Assembly (NCBI GenBank): GCA_050177605.1
Contig: JBFXGX010000017.1
Coordinates: 1-39,124 of the forward strand
Reading direction: 5' to 3'
Source: Candidatus Izemoplasmatales bacterium
GTDB lineage: Bacteria; Bacillota_I; Bacilli_A; Izemoplasmatales; Hujiaoplasmataceae
DNA: 39,124 bases
Shown: piece after piece, positions 8,957 through 18,457 of the stretch
How the letters are laid out: the number at the start of each line of letters is the position of its first letter
Position numbering within the stretch: the stretch's first letter is position 1
Notes under the pieces: generated by a model
Told to the model about the DNA's origin: nothing
Database searches by the model: none
Seen by the model: only the letters and a program-made list of their open reading frames with translations
Program-made: the position numbers and the translations under genes

Positions 8957-9991
8957 ATGGAAGAAAAAGAACATAAAAGAAGAGTTCGATATAAAGGTAA
9001 ATATCCGAAATCTTACAATGAAAAGTATAAGGAAATGAACCCTGATAAATATCAAGATATCATTGAACATGTCATTCAAAAAGGAAATACTCCAGCTGGG
9101 ATGCATCGTTCGATCATGGTTGATGAAATATTGACTTTTTTGGATATTCATCCTGGACAAATCGGCCTAGATTGTACACTAGGATTTGGTGGACACACAT
9201 TAACAATGTTAGAAAAACTAAATCATACAGGACATGTCCATGCGACCGATTTAGACCCCATTGAACTTCCAAAAACAGAAAAACGAATATTTGACAAAGG
9301 ATTTACAAAGGACGACTTTACATTCCATCAAATGAATTTTAGTCAGATTGACTCAATCAATGTAAAAGGATTTGATTTCATTCTAGCAGACTTAGGCGTC
9401 TCATCGATGCAAATTGATGATCCATCAAGAGGTTTCACATATAAATTTGATGGCCTACTTGATCTCAGAATGAACCCAAATGTAGGTGTTCCAGCAAATT
9501 ATCGTTTAAGTGATATGACTTTTGAAGAAATTGAAGGAATGCTCATTGAAAACGCTGATGAGCCATATGCCTCAGAAATTGCACGAGAAATTATTAAAAC
9601 AAGAAGAGAAGGAAATCAAATCTCCAGTACAAAAGATTTACATGAAGCAATCAAAAGAGCATTAATTTTTTTGCCTAAAAATATACAAGAAGAGATGATA
9701 AAAAAGTCATCTCAAAGAACTTTCCAGGCATTAAGGATTGATGTAAATCACGAGTATGATTCATTGTATGAACTGTTAGAAAAACTGCCTGAAGTATTAA
9801 ATAAAGATGGAAAAGTAGCGATTTTAACATTCCATTCAGGTGAAGATAGACTAGTAAAAAAAGCATTTCAATATTACGAGAGAGCAGGGATTTATAAAGA
9901 AGTGATGGGACCAATGATACCTTCACCAACTGAAATCCATGATAATCCACGCGCAAGATCCGCAAAACTACGTTGTGCTATAAAAAGATAA
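8957..9991 (+). CDS. rsmH: 16S rRNA m4C1402 methyltransferase RsmH/MraW-like, with N-terminal extension
   Basis: DCTLGFGGH, LADLGVSSMQID, LDLRMN, FQALRIDVN, TFHSGEDRLVK, NPRARSAKLR. Confidence 0.88.
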   Translation: MEEKEHKRRVRYKGKYPKSYNEKYKEMNPDKYQDIIEHVIQKGNTPAGMHRSIMVDEILTFLDIHPGQIGLDCTLGFGGHTLTMLEKLNHTGHVHATDLDPIELPKTEKRIFDKGFTKDDFTFHQMNFSQIDSINVKGFDFILADLGVSSMQIDDPSRGFTYKFDGLLDLRMNPNVGVPANYRLSDMTFEEIEGMLIENADEPYASEIAREIIKTRREGNQISSTKDLHEAIKRALIFLPKNIQEEMIKKSSQRTFQALRIDVNHEYDSLYELLEKLPEVLNKDGKVAILTFHSGEDRLVKKAFQYYERAGIYKEVMGPMIPSPTEIHDNPRARSAKLRCAIKR

Positions 9992-9994
9992 ATT

Positions 9995-10025
9995 GACGAA
10001 TGTGAGTTCGTCTTTTCTTTTTTTT
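9995..10025 (+). terminator. Intrinsic terminator of rsmH-like gene
   Basis: GACGAA-TGTGAG-TTCGTC followed by a T tract. Confidence 0.7.
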
Positions 10026-10039
10026 GGTTAGCTATGAAT

Positions 10040-10080
10040 AAAAATAAAAGGGTTTCGACATGTGAATGTACGAAACCCTT
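10040..10080 (-). terminator. Intrinsic terminator of the minus-strand membrane protein gene
   Basis: AAGGGTTTCG...CGAAACCCTT stem, A-rich on the plus-strand left side. Confidence 0.7.
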
Positions 10081-10101
10081 CAATTTGATTAAATTCAAAT
10101 A

Positions 10102-11046
10102 CTATAAATGCCAGTCATCCTCAGTTGAAACTGTTCTTTTTTGAGGATTGATACTACTTGTGGTTGTGCGAGTATTCATTGGTTTTGAGTAGGCTGGTTT
10201 TCCAACGCGAAGGAAACTGTCAAGGTTACCCAGTAAGTTGTAAAAGAATATAAACATGATCATTCCTGCAATGAAAGAGATAGTATCAAACAAACTTACT
10301 GTATCAAGTGCACTAGCAAAAGAAATACCTATTTGATCAGAAAGAGCGGAGCTATCTCCTAAATTAGAAATAAAATTAACAATTTCTAGTATTGCAAACC
10401 CAACAATAAAGATTCGTAGACCAATGATGTCAGGATAATGTTCCATTGGAACCCCGTGATTGAGAAATGCAAAGGATATACTTGTGCTGATTTCTTTTGC
10501 TCTTTTGATAAATCGGTAGAGCATATAGAGAAGTCCATAGACAATTAAACCTAAAATAATAACTAAAATAAAAGAACTAAATAATAGGAATAAGAAACCA
10601 ATAATGCATAGAACAGCACAAATTAAAAGAATGACTTGTATAATTGCTAAATAGATATCTAAAAGTCCTAATGCTTTTAATATTTGTGCAGTATTTAGTT
10701 TTTGACTTCCTACAACATAGTGATAGGCTGAAAGAGGTAAAATAAGTGCGATAAAAAAGGATATAACTAGGAAAATTTTTATCCAGTTCATGCTCGTTGT
10801 AACTCCGCGATTTATATAAGATAGATCCGTGAACAAAAGAATACATATTGGGATAAGAGATAGAATCGTGGTAATGATAAAAAGGATAAAAAAGGATTTC
10901 ATCATTTTACTTCGTCCAAAAAGAATCACTCTTTCTTCTAAATGTGAAAAATCGCCTAGTTTACTTTGAAATGTTTTTTCACTATCGTTTTGAAAATTAT
11001 TTTGCGTGTCCTTGTAGTTCAAATTAAGTGGTGTAAATTCATTCAT
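10102..11046 (-). CDS. Hypothetical polytopic membrane protein
   Basis: About 6 hydrophobic segments; strong RBS AGGAGGG. Confidence 0.75.
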   Translation of the reverse strand: MNEFTPLNLNYKDTQNNFQNDSEKTFQSKLGDFSHLEERVILFGRSKMMKSFFILFIITTILSLIPICILLFTDLSYINRGVTTSMNWIKIFLVISFFIALILPLSAYHYVVGSQKLNTAQILKALGLLDIYLAIIQVILLICAVLCIIGFLFLLFSSFILVIILGLIVYGLLYMLYRFIKRAKEISTSISFAFLNHGVPMEHYPDIIGLRIFIVGFAILEIVNFISNLGDSSALSDQIGISFASALDTVSLFDTISFIAGMIMFIFFYNLLGNLDSFLRVGKPAYSKPMNTRTTTSSINPQKRTVSTEDDWHL

Positions 11047-11272
11047 TAAAATCCCTCCTATTTGATTCTGTAATTAATTTTAGTATATCATAACGCTTTG
11101 ATATTCATCAATGTTTTTTTTATTAAACTAGAGATAAGCACATTGTCATAGTAAAAAAGTATTGATGACTATTTATTGTTTAGGTATAGCAAAGCGATAA
11201 TTTCTGTGATATGATTTAAATAAATAAAAAGTAGTTTTGATGATGTTTATTATGGTTAATCAAGGAGAAATT

Positions 11273-12586
11273 ATGAAAAAAACGGTTGTAATGATTCTAT
11301 TTTTTTTATGCATCCCTCTTTTTGTATCTTGTTCTAGTGAGCGATTAGCGAATCCATACTTTGATAACGCTGACGAAGATTCTCTTGAAGAAGCTTATAC
11401 CTTATTCAATTCTTATCTAGAAAAGATTGATACGACTATTGAAGCATATTTTCCGCGTTTTGTTAGTAATCCTAGTCGTGAATATATCTATTATGACCCA
11501 ACCTATATACTTACAGATATTTATTCTAACGATGTTATCTATCGACATGAATTTGTTAATTATCACTTAAGTGATGATCGCATTTATTTAGATGATTTTA
11601 TTCTCGGATATATCGTATCGTCATCGTCAATGCACAATGCTTATGTTTCTGCAGTATCGGCTTGTGAAGATATCAAAGAAGGGGAAAAGTGTGAAACTTC
11701 TTCTTATAACAATAATCATTATTGGGATATTCGGGGGTTAGAGTATTACATGGATAATGGCAATCTTTATCTTGATTTCAAAGCAACTGATTATTCTGAT
11801 AATACACTTTATCATTATGTGTTTTTATTCTACCAGGGTATAGGTTATCATCACATAATGGAACTTTCTATTGGTATTTCTGATGCCTCTGAATCTACGT
11901 ATGAAATGATGGCTTATGTAAAATTAACCATTGGTGAAGAATTAGAAGAATATAGCTGTAAAAATTGTATGTTGTCAGACCCGACTCAAGGTTACCTTGA
12001 ATATCGATATATCCAATTTGCAGATACATCCTATCCAAATATACCTTCAGATTTATACAAAATCGATCATACGATAGATATATCTCTAAAAGATAATGTA
12101 ATCTATGGAACAATTTTTAACTATGAAACCAATGAGGAATTTTATGTAACACAACGAGATGGCGTTTCAAAGGCTTCTGAATACACGAAATATATCCGAA
12201 ATACGCTTCTTGTCCATTATTCATCTACCTTATTTAAAGTCAACTTAAATGAGATTCTTGGATGGGATAAACTGATTAAAACAGATGAAGGTTATAATCA
12301 ATATAAGTTAGCCTACAAAGATGAAGTATTATCGGAGGACTACTACGTGTCTGTTGTTCGAGATTATCATGGAGAATATGCCTATTTTGAAACAAGGTAT
12401 GGAACAAACGATCTTCTAAGCTTATCCATCTTTGGTCTTGAATCTGGGTATAGTAGTGAATACTTTGATGATTTACTTCTTGATGGCAGTAATTTATTTA
12501 CCGAGATGATTACTGAACATCATTTTGATGAGGAGTATTCAACCTTATACGATACTTTCTTAACCAAATTCAGTGCATTAACGTAA
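11273..12586 (+). CDS. Hypothetical lipoprotein (Tyr/Asp/Glu rich)
   Basis: MKK + hydrophobic stretch + lipobox-like FVSC; RBS AAGGAG before ATG 11273 (ORF track starts at 11237). Confidence 0.8.
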   Translation: MKKTVVMILFFLCIPLFVSCSSERLANPYFDNADEDSLEEAYTLFNSYLEKIDTTIEAYFPRFVSNPSREYIYYDPTYILTDIYSNDVIYRHEFVNYHLSDDRIYLDDFILGYIVSSSSMHNAYVSAVSACEDIKEGEKCETSSYNNNHYWDIRGLEYYMDNGNLYLDFKATDYSDNTLYHYVFLFYQGIGYHHIMELSIGISDASESTYEMMAYVKLTIGEELEEYSCKNCMLSDPTQGYLEYRYIQFADTSYPNIPSDLYKIDHTIDISLKDNVIYGTIFNYETNEEFYVTQRDGVSKASEYTKYIRNTLLVHYSSTLFKVNLNEILGWDKLIKTDEGYNQYKLAYKDEVLSEDYYVSVVRDYHGEYAYFETRYGTNDLLSLSIFGLESGYSSEYFDDLLLDGSNLFTEMITEHHFDEEYSTLYDTFLTKFSALT

Positions 12587-12597
12587 TTACATATCAC

Positions 12598-12633
12598 AAA
12601 AAAAAGTTACTTTATTGATAAGTAACTTTTTTT
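12598..12633. terminator. Bidirectional terminator
   Basis: A8-GTTACTT...AAGTAAC-T7 between convergent genes. Confidence 0.85.
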
Positions 12634-12637
12634 ACTA

Positions 12638-14539
12638 TTAAGATTCCGATAATACTTCTTTTTGGTTGTATCTAGCAATAAGAATTGGAACTTCAATCCG
12701 GTGTTTAATTTTTTCGAATACACTACCAAAGAGTAAGTCAGAGATTCCTTTATGTCCATGGGAACCAAAGACTACAAGGTCAACTTCATATTTCTTGATG
12801 AGTTTTGGCAGCATCTCTGTTGGTTCTCCAAAACCGACTTCCGTTACTACATTTTTATAGCCTATATTTCTTAAACTATTGGCATAGTTCATTAGCATTT
12901 GTGTATCGATTTTTGTTTCTTCATCATTTATTTCATCCCCATAAATCGCCGCTCCAGCACTTTCTACGACATGTAATAAGACAATTTCTGTATCAACATT
13001 AGATAAATGTACTGCATGAGAGAGAATGGAACTATCGTGTTGGGTGAAATCAAGAGCTAAAGCAATTCGTTTATAGGGCTCGACTTTCAGGATTTGAGGA
13101 ACTGTAGTTAAATGGTGAATACTGACTTTTTTTGCACTCCTAGGTTTTCCAATCCATGGTTCAACAATAATATAAATCAGTAATCCAATCATCGCTATCA
13201 CGATAGTCATCACAAAGGAGTAAAGAATGACATTGATTCCCCCTGATATCCATTCAGCTAGTGTGTTTCTGACAAGTAGTATGTTGAGACCCATGATAAT
13301 CGAAGCGAGTACCCAAGATGTTATTTTAAGTGGTAATTTGATTACGTGTTCTTTCATAAAGTTTTTACTGCTTACAAAGTGAATCAATGGAATGACTGCA
13401 AAACTGAGTTGGAGTGATAAAATCACTTGACTTAAGATCAACAGTGAAGCTGTTGCACTTTCACCGTAAATAATGATGACAAGTAATGCAGGAATAATCG
13501 CTAGAAGTCTAGTGACTAAACGTCGAATCCAAGGTTGAAGACGAAGATGGATAAATCCTTCCATCACAACTTGTCCTGCATACGTTCCTGTAATGGTCGA
13601 ACTTTGTCCTGCGGCGATAAGTGCAACGCCAAACAAAATCGGTGCGAGCCTTGTTCCAAGAATTGGTTCGAGCATTTGATGAGCGGTCAAGATATCACCG
13701 ACGCCATAATTGCCAGTTTCATAAAATACCGCTGCCGCGACAATTAAGATTGCGGCGTTCACTAAGAAGGCAATGTTTAAGGCTACAATTGAATCAATGA
13801 AGTTAAACTTTAGTGCTTGTTTAATACCTTCCTTGTCTCTTTTTATTTTTCTGGTTTGAACTAGAGATGAGTGTAAATATAAGTTATGTGGCATAATTGT
13901 TGCGCCAATGATTCCGATACCGATGTAGAGGGCGGTATTATTAGGAATAGAAGGAATGAATCCATTTAAGATGCCTGCATAATCTGGACTAGATAGATAG
14001 ATTTCTACTAAAAAACTAGCACCGATGATAAAGATTAACATCACAATGAATGCTTCCATCTTACGAATCCCAAGTTTGTTAATAAATAGGAGAAGTAGCG
14101 TATCAAATCCAGTAATTAATACACCATAAATAATTGGAATATTAAATACTAAACTTATACCGATTGCACTTCCCAGTACTTCAGCAATGTCAGTTGAGAT
14201 AATCGCTATCTCTGAAAGTATCCATAAAACAAAATTTACTTTTTTTGGATAATGACTACTCGAAGCTTGCGCTAAATCTTTCCCTGAAATAATTCCAAGA
14301 CGTGCAGATAATGTTTGAAATAATATGGCCATGATGTTGGATAGAAGTATCACCCAAATAAGGGTATAACCAAACTGACTACCTCCGGCAATATCGGTAG
14401 CCCAGTTCCCTGGGTCCATATAACCTACACTGACTAAATATGCGGGGCCAATAAAGGCAAGTAATTTCTTAAAGAATCCTTTTTTGTTATCGACACTGAC
14501 TGTCGCCTCTGTATTAAGTTGATTTGTCATTTTAGACAT
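12638..14539 (-). CDS. mntH: NRAMP family Mn2+/Fe2+ transporter fused to a C-terminal universal stress protein domain
   Basis: YMDPGNW, MPHNLYLHS, AGQSSTITGTYAGQ; C-terminal YKRIALALDF...LLHVVE...DLVVFGSHGHKG USP signature; start ATG 14539 after AGGTG. Confidence 0.92.
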   Translation of the reverse strand: MSKMTNQLNTEATVSVDNKKGFFKKLLAFIGPAYLVSVGYMDPGNWATDIAGGSQFGYTLIWVILLSNIMAILFQTLSARLGIISGKDLAQASSSHYPKKVNFVLWILSEIAIISTDIAEVLGSAIGISLVFNIPIIYGVLITGFDTLLLLFINKLGIRKMEAFIVMLIFIIGASFLVEIYLSSPDYAGILNGFIPSIPNNTALYIGIGIIGATIMPHNLYLHSSLVQTRKIKRDKEGIKQALKFNFIDSIVALNIAFLVNAAILIVAAAVFYETGNYGVGDILTAHQMLEPILGTRLAPILFGVALIAAGQSSTITGTYAGQVVMEGFIHLRLQPWIRRLVTRLLAIIPALLVIIIYGESATASLLILSQVILSLQLSFAVIPLIHFVSSKNFMKEHVIKLPLKITSWVLASIIMGLNILLVRNTLAEWISGGINVILYSFVMTIVIAMIGLLIYIIVEPWIGKPRSAKKVSIHHLTTVPQILKVEPYKRIALALDFTQHDSSILSHAVHLSNVDTEIVLLHVVESAGAAIYGDEINDEETKIDTQMLMNYANSLRNIGYKNVVTEVGFGEPTEMLPKLIKKYEVDLVVFGSHGHKGISDLLFGSVFEKIKHRIEVPILIARYNQKEVLSES

Positions 14540-14657
14540 AAGTATCACCTATTCTTTCAGGAACAATTATAGCACCATAAACTTCATATCGATAGGTTGT
14601 TGCTTATTTTTGCTTATATATGATAGAATGGATTTGTGATAAGTTTAGCCGAGGTGT

Positions 14658-15617
14658 ATGATGATTACAGAAGCAAACAGCAGCCATCAATTCATGATTC
14701 AAACATTATGGAATGAACAGGATTGGATTTACAATGAAATCGACGTAGAAGACACAATGAAATGGATAGAGCGAGAAGGTAATGTGTTTTTAGTGCAAAT
14801 GAATCAAGAGAAGTTAGAAGGCTTTATTTTTGGAAATGTGAATGAAACTTCTCACAAAGCCTACCTTTCGATGATCATAGTTCAAAGTCAAAAAAGGAAT
14901 CAAGGGATTGGCTCATCTCTTCTAAATCAATGGATCCATACGGTTATGAAAAAAGACTCGAAACTAGAATCGATTGATATTGTGTTTTTTGATCCAAATT
15001 CTTTTGAATGGAAGATCTCAAATAATCAAAATGTCTTTCATCCAAACACACCAGGTATTCATTTAGGAAGTGGTCCCATCTCTTTTTTTGAAAAGTTCCA
15101 TTTTATTGAATATGCGAGGCAGGAAGTCTTTTTTAGAAGTATTGTCAAATATGAAATGCCTAAAGACATCAAAACAAAAATCCAGTCTCTTGAACAAGAT
15201 TCAATTGCCATTGAGTTCTATGATCCGAAAATTCATCAAGGATTTGATGACTACTTTCGTCGTAACTTTGCAATGCATTGGTCTTTAGCAGCAAATCAAG
15301 GCTTAGCTGCAGGACAAAAAGTGCTTGTCGTTACTAAAAACCATCAAGTGATTGGATTTACTGGTCCTTTAACTGTGGAAAATACCAAACGTGGCTATTT
15401 TGCAGGGATTGGGATTGACCATCTCTACCGTGGAATGGGACTAGGGACAGTGTTATTTCATTCCTTATGTTTTCATCTTTCCAAACTCGGAGCATCCTAT
15501 ATGACATTATTTACTGGAACAACTAATCCTGCGAGAAATATCTATTTGCAAGCCGGTTTTAGCTTGATGGATACTTTCCTAAATCTAAGAAAAAATATTT
15601 TAGTAACGAGGGAGTGA
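14658..15617 (+). CDS. Tandem GNAT family N-acetyltransferase
   Basis: Two acetyl-CoA motifs: RNQGIGSSL and YRGMGLGTVL...NPARNIYLQAGF. Confidence 0.85.
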   Translation: MMITEANSSHQFMIQTLWNEQDWIYNEIDVEDTMKWIEREGNVFLVQMNQEKLEGFIFGNVNETSHKAYLSMIIVQSQKRNQGIGSSLLNQWIHTVMKKDSKLESIDIVFFDPNSFEWKISNNQNVFHPNTPGIHLGSGPISFFEKFHFIEYARQEVFFRSIVKYEMPKDIKTKIQSLEQDSIAIEFYDPKIHQGFDDYFRRNFAMHWSLAANQGLAAGQKVLVVTKNHQVIGFTGPLTVENTKRGYFAGIGIDHLYRGMGLGTVLFHSLCFHLSKLGASYMTLFTGTTNPARNIYLQAGFSLMDTFLNLRKNILVTRE

Positions 15618-16150
15618 TATTCATGGATGAACCTACCCGTAATCGATTAAAAGGAAGAAAGATATTGTTTGATCGAAACAGTAAGGTTTTAGAGGAACTC
15701 AGCCAAATTATTCTAACCTCATCAAAAAGAGTTTTAATTGTGTGGTCATTTCATTTTGTTGAAGAACTATTGAACTCGATTAATGAGCTTAATCCGGATG
15801 AAAAAAGACTGAATGAAGCTTACCAGGTTGTGAAAGATTGGGCGAAAGGAAAAGTCCTTATGCCTGAGGCTAAAAAAGCCATTTTGGCCTGTCACCAATT
15901 GGCAAAAGTCGCGGGAAATGAAGTCCTTACTTCTTATTATCATGCAATTGGTCAAGGTTTGTCGGTTGTTCATACAGAAAAACACGCACTAGGACTACCG
16001 ATATATGAACTTTCAGGGATTGTGAAGTCAGATCCAAAGAATTATGCTGAACAAGTGAAGAAGAAAGTAGAAGAGTATATTTCTGTTTTAAATGAGTTGA
16101 ACGCTCTCCCGAGTATAGAATATTTACAATTCGCACATTTTATAAAATAG
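15614..16150 (+). CDS. Imm5-like (putative immunity protein family) helical protein
   Basis: WAKGKV.MPEAKKAILACH and HAIGQGLSVVHTEKHALG match my recall of this family; GTGA overlap with the GNAT gene. Confidence 0.65.
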   Translation: MIFMDEPTRNRLKGRKILFDRNSKVLEELSQIILTSSKRVLIVWSFHFVEELLNSINELNPDEKRLNEAYQVVKDWAKGKVLMPEAKKAILACHQLAKVAGNEVLTSYYHAIGQGLSVVHTEKHALGLPIYELSGIVKSDPKNYAEQVKKKVEEYISVLNELNALPSIEYLQFAHFIK

Positions 16151-16187
16151 AAAAAGTCATACTAGATTAACTAATATGACTTTTTTT
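16151..16187. terminator. Bidirectional terminator
   Basis: AAAAAGTCATA...TATGACTTTTTTT. Confidence 0.8.
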
Positions 16188-16202
16188 GATTATGATTCCA
16201 AA

Positions 16203-17111
16203 TCAAACAGATGTTGTACCAACCTTTTGCTTTTTTTTCAAAGAAACAGATGGATGTAGTTCACTTACAATCAAGCCAACAAATACAAGGATGGCTCCAA
16301 TAACCAGATGAATTGATAAAGTTTCATGATATATCATAACGGCAAAGATTGGACCAAATACACTTTCAGTAGAGATAAGAATCGATGCTTCCTCTGGACT
16401 GGTATGCTTTTGTCCAAAAGATTGCATCATAAATGCTAAGAATGAAGCAAAAAATCCTAATAATACACCAATCGATAATTCAAGTTGACCCGCTTTCGAA
16501 GTTAAATCGATTTGTGGTAATCCATCAACGATAAACATAAAAGTCGTTATACAAATTGCGAACAAGAGAAGTTGATAACCCATCAATGCAAATAAATCAT
16601 GCTTTTTGGTTTGATGCGACAAATAGTAAATTTGAATAGCCCAAAACATCGCACCGATAAAGGTTAGGACATCTCCTAGATTGATTGATAGTGTTTCAAA
16701 GTTGAAAGATATCGTGACAATCCCTAAAAAGGTAAGAATTGCGGCGATAATCGAATAACCTTTGATTTTTACTTTGTCTTTAAAATAGACAATCATTGGG
16801 AGGATAATAATATATCCTGCGGTAATAATTGCATTATTAGACGCACTTGTTAGTTCGAGACCCCATGTTTGGAAAAAGAAACCTGAAAACATAAAAATGC
16901 CGAGAAACAAGCCTTGTTTTCTTAATTCTTTATTGGCTTTCAGAATTCTTTTACCATAAAACAATAGAACAAACACAAACGCGCTCATAAACCTTACAAA
17001 CAGTAGTTGTAGATCTGTCCATCCACTATCCAGTAAGAATTTATTTCCGATAAAACCAATTCCCCAGATTGCGCCAGCACATATTAATATAATTCTCGCA
17101 AGATTACGCAA
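16203..17111 (-). CDS. DMT/EamA family transporter
   Basis: About 10 TM segments; IWG, QTWGLELTSASNNAIIT, GDVLT, QKHTSPEEASILISTESVF; TTG start after AGGTG. Confidence 0.9.
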   Translation of the reverse strand: MRNLARIILICAGAIWGIGFIGNKFLLDSGWTDLQLLFVRFMSAFVFVLLFYGKRILKANKELRKQGLFLGIFMFSGFFFQTWGLELTSASNNAIITAGYIIILPMIVYFKDKVKIKGYSIIAAILTFLGIVTISFNFETLSINLGDVLTFIGAMFWAIQIYYLSHQTKKHDLFALMGYQLLLFAICITTFMFIVDGLPQIDLTSKAGQLELSIGVLLGFFASFLAFMMQSFGQKHTSPEEASILISTESVFGPIFAVMIYHETLSIHLVIGAILVFVGLIVSELHPSVSLKKKQKVGTTSV

Positions 17112-17249
17112 ATTATCACCTCGTTAAGTTACTATTATACTAGAATATTGCGAAAGTGAAAGAAGAAAACGTTTTAAAATATTACTAGATGATAAATAGA
17201 CAAACTCTTCCCATCATTGTATAATGGATTTATAAAGAAGGTGACGAAG

Positions 17250-17720
17250 ATGAATTTAATAATGAAGGAGTATCCAGAACGTCATTTCGCTGGAATTCCA
17301 TTTGAAGGTGGCATCCGTTTAGGCTCAGAGGATGTCTTGCATATCCCAACGATCTGGCAAACATTTTTTGAACAAGTACTGCCGCAGATTAATCTTGAGA
17401 CTGAAAACCCTCATTTCATAGGGCTAGAATTATATCCCAAAGATTTTTTACAAACAAGGATATTTGACTATCTCGCAATGGTGGAAACAACGGAACGACT
17501 CAGTATTCCTGGCGTTGTTTCAAAAACCATTCCTGCGGGAAAATACTTTTCTTTCGAAATAAATTTTGATCATCTTGAAGAAGGTATTCAGCAAAGTTAT
17601 CGCTACTTAAATGATCATCAAATTCCTTATGATATGAGCTTTGATTTTGAAGATTATCTTAACGATCAAAACTATTCGCTGAAAGATCAAAAACTCTATT
17701 TCAGTATTCGGGTAATATAA
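17250..17720 (+). CDS. GyrI-like small-molecule-binding domain protein
   Basis: IPTIWQTF, FDYLAMVE, IPAGKYFSF, DFEDY; start ATG 17250 after AAGGTG (ORF track starts at 17217). Confidence 0.82.
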   Translation: MNLIMKEYPERHFAGIPFEGGIRLGSEDVLHIPTIWQTFFEQVLPQINLETENPHFIGLELYPKDFLQTRIFDYLAMVETTERLSIPGVVSKTIPAGKYFSFEINFDHLEEGIQQSYRYLNDHQIPYDMSFDFEDYLNDQNYSLKDQKLYFSIRVI

Positions 17721-17722
17721 AC

Positions 17723-18025
17723 ATGACTGAATTTACAGAAAAAGTCATTGAAATTATCGGGCAAATCCCTCAAGGGAAAGTATTGACATATGGCCGTGTA
17801 GCGGTGATGGCTGATAATCCATGGGGAGCTAGACAAGTCGTTCGAATCCTTAATTCGATGAGTGAAAAATATCATTTACCATGGCACAGAGTGATCAATT
17901 CAAAAGGCGAAGTTAGTCTGACAGGAGCCACAGGAGAGCTTCAAAAGAAACTTCTCAAAGAAGATGGTGTTGAAATCAGCGATGGTAAGATTGATTTAGA
18001 CAAGTATTTATATCGATTATTATAA
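17723..18025 (+). CDS. Alkyltransferase-like (ATL, YbaZ/Atl1 type) protein of the MGMT family
   Basis: IPQGKVLTYGRVA...ARQV...LPWHRVINSKG; Trp replaces the active-site Cys of PCHRV. Confidence 0.9.
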   Translation: MTEFTEKVIEIIGQIPQGKVLTYGRVAVMADNPWGARQVVRILNSMSEKYHLPWHRVINSKGEVSLTGATGELQKKLLKEDGVEISDGKIDLDKYLYRLL

Positions 18026-18028
18026 TTC

Positions 18029-18059
18029 AAAAGGAGAACAAACAAGTTCTCCTTTTTTT
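18029..18059. terminator. Bidirectional terminator
   Basis: AAAAGGAGAAC-AAACAA-GTTCTCCTTTTTTT. Confidence 0.85.
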
Positions 18060-18060
18060 G

Positions 18061-18318
18061 TTATTCGGATTCAAGTGATACGAGTTTTGATTTAACGCCT
18101 ACTAAAGCATTCAGTTCAGTTTCTAATTTTTGAATTTCTTCTTCAGTGCCACCTACTTGTAAGATAATGAGACCATCTTCAGCACACTGACTAGTTATTT
18201 CATGAAGACCTAAACGCATTTGAATAATACATCCATTTTTTGTTAGCACATCTTGTACTTCATGAGCTTTCGCTCTACGATTACTGACAAGAATTGTCAT
18301 AATATGATATTTTTTCAT
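18061..18318 (-). CDS. Small ACT-like protein (TM1266 / iron-only hydrogenase regulator-like)
   Basis: 85 aa; EVQDVLTKNGCIIQMRLGLHE...GLIILQV...LNALVGVKSK; RBS AAGGAGG before ATG 18318. Confidence 0.65.
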   Translation of the reverse strand: MKKYHIMTILVSNRRAKAHEVQDVLTKNGCIIQMRLGLHEITSQCAEDGLIILQVGGTEEEIQKLETELNALVGVKSKLVSLESE

Positions 18319-18457
18319 TGATTTATCCTCCTTATTGCCATTATATGATAAATAAAGCAAAAAAAGAAGGTGTAAACGTATTATAATGCAATTTGAACCC
18401 AATTTTTATCTTTCAGTGCTATAGTTAAGATATCTAATCATTAAAGGAGGTTACGAT

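Noticed and set aside
14540..14657. Possible Mn-sensing riboswitch upstream of mntH
   Set aside because: The intergenic region is only ~120 bp, shared by divergent promoters, with no yybP-ykoY-like structure visible
14658..16150. GNAT toxin-antitoxin pair
   Set aside because: The GNAT is a 319-aa tandem domain and there is no small upstream RHH antitoxin
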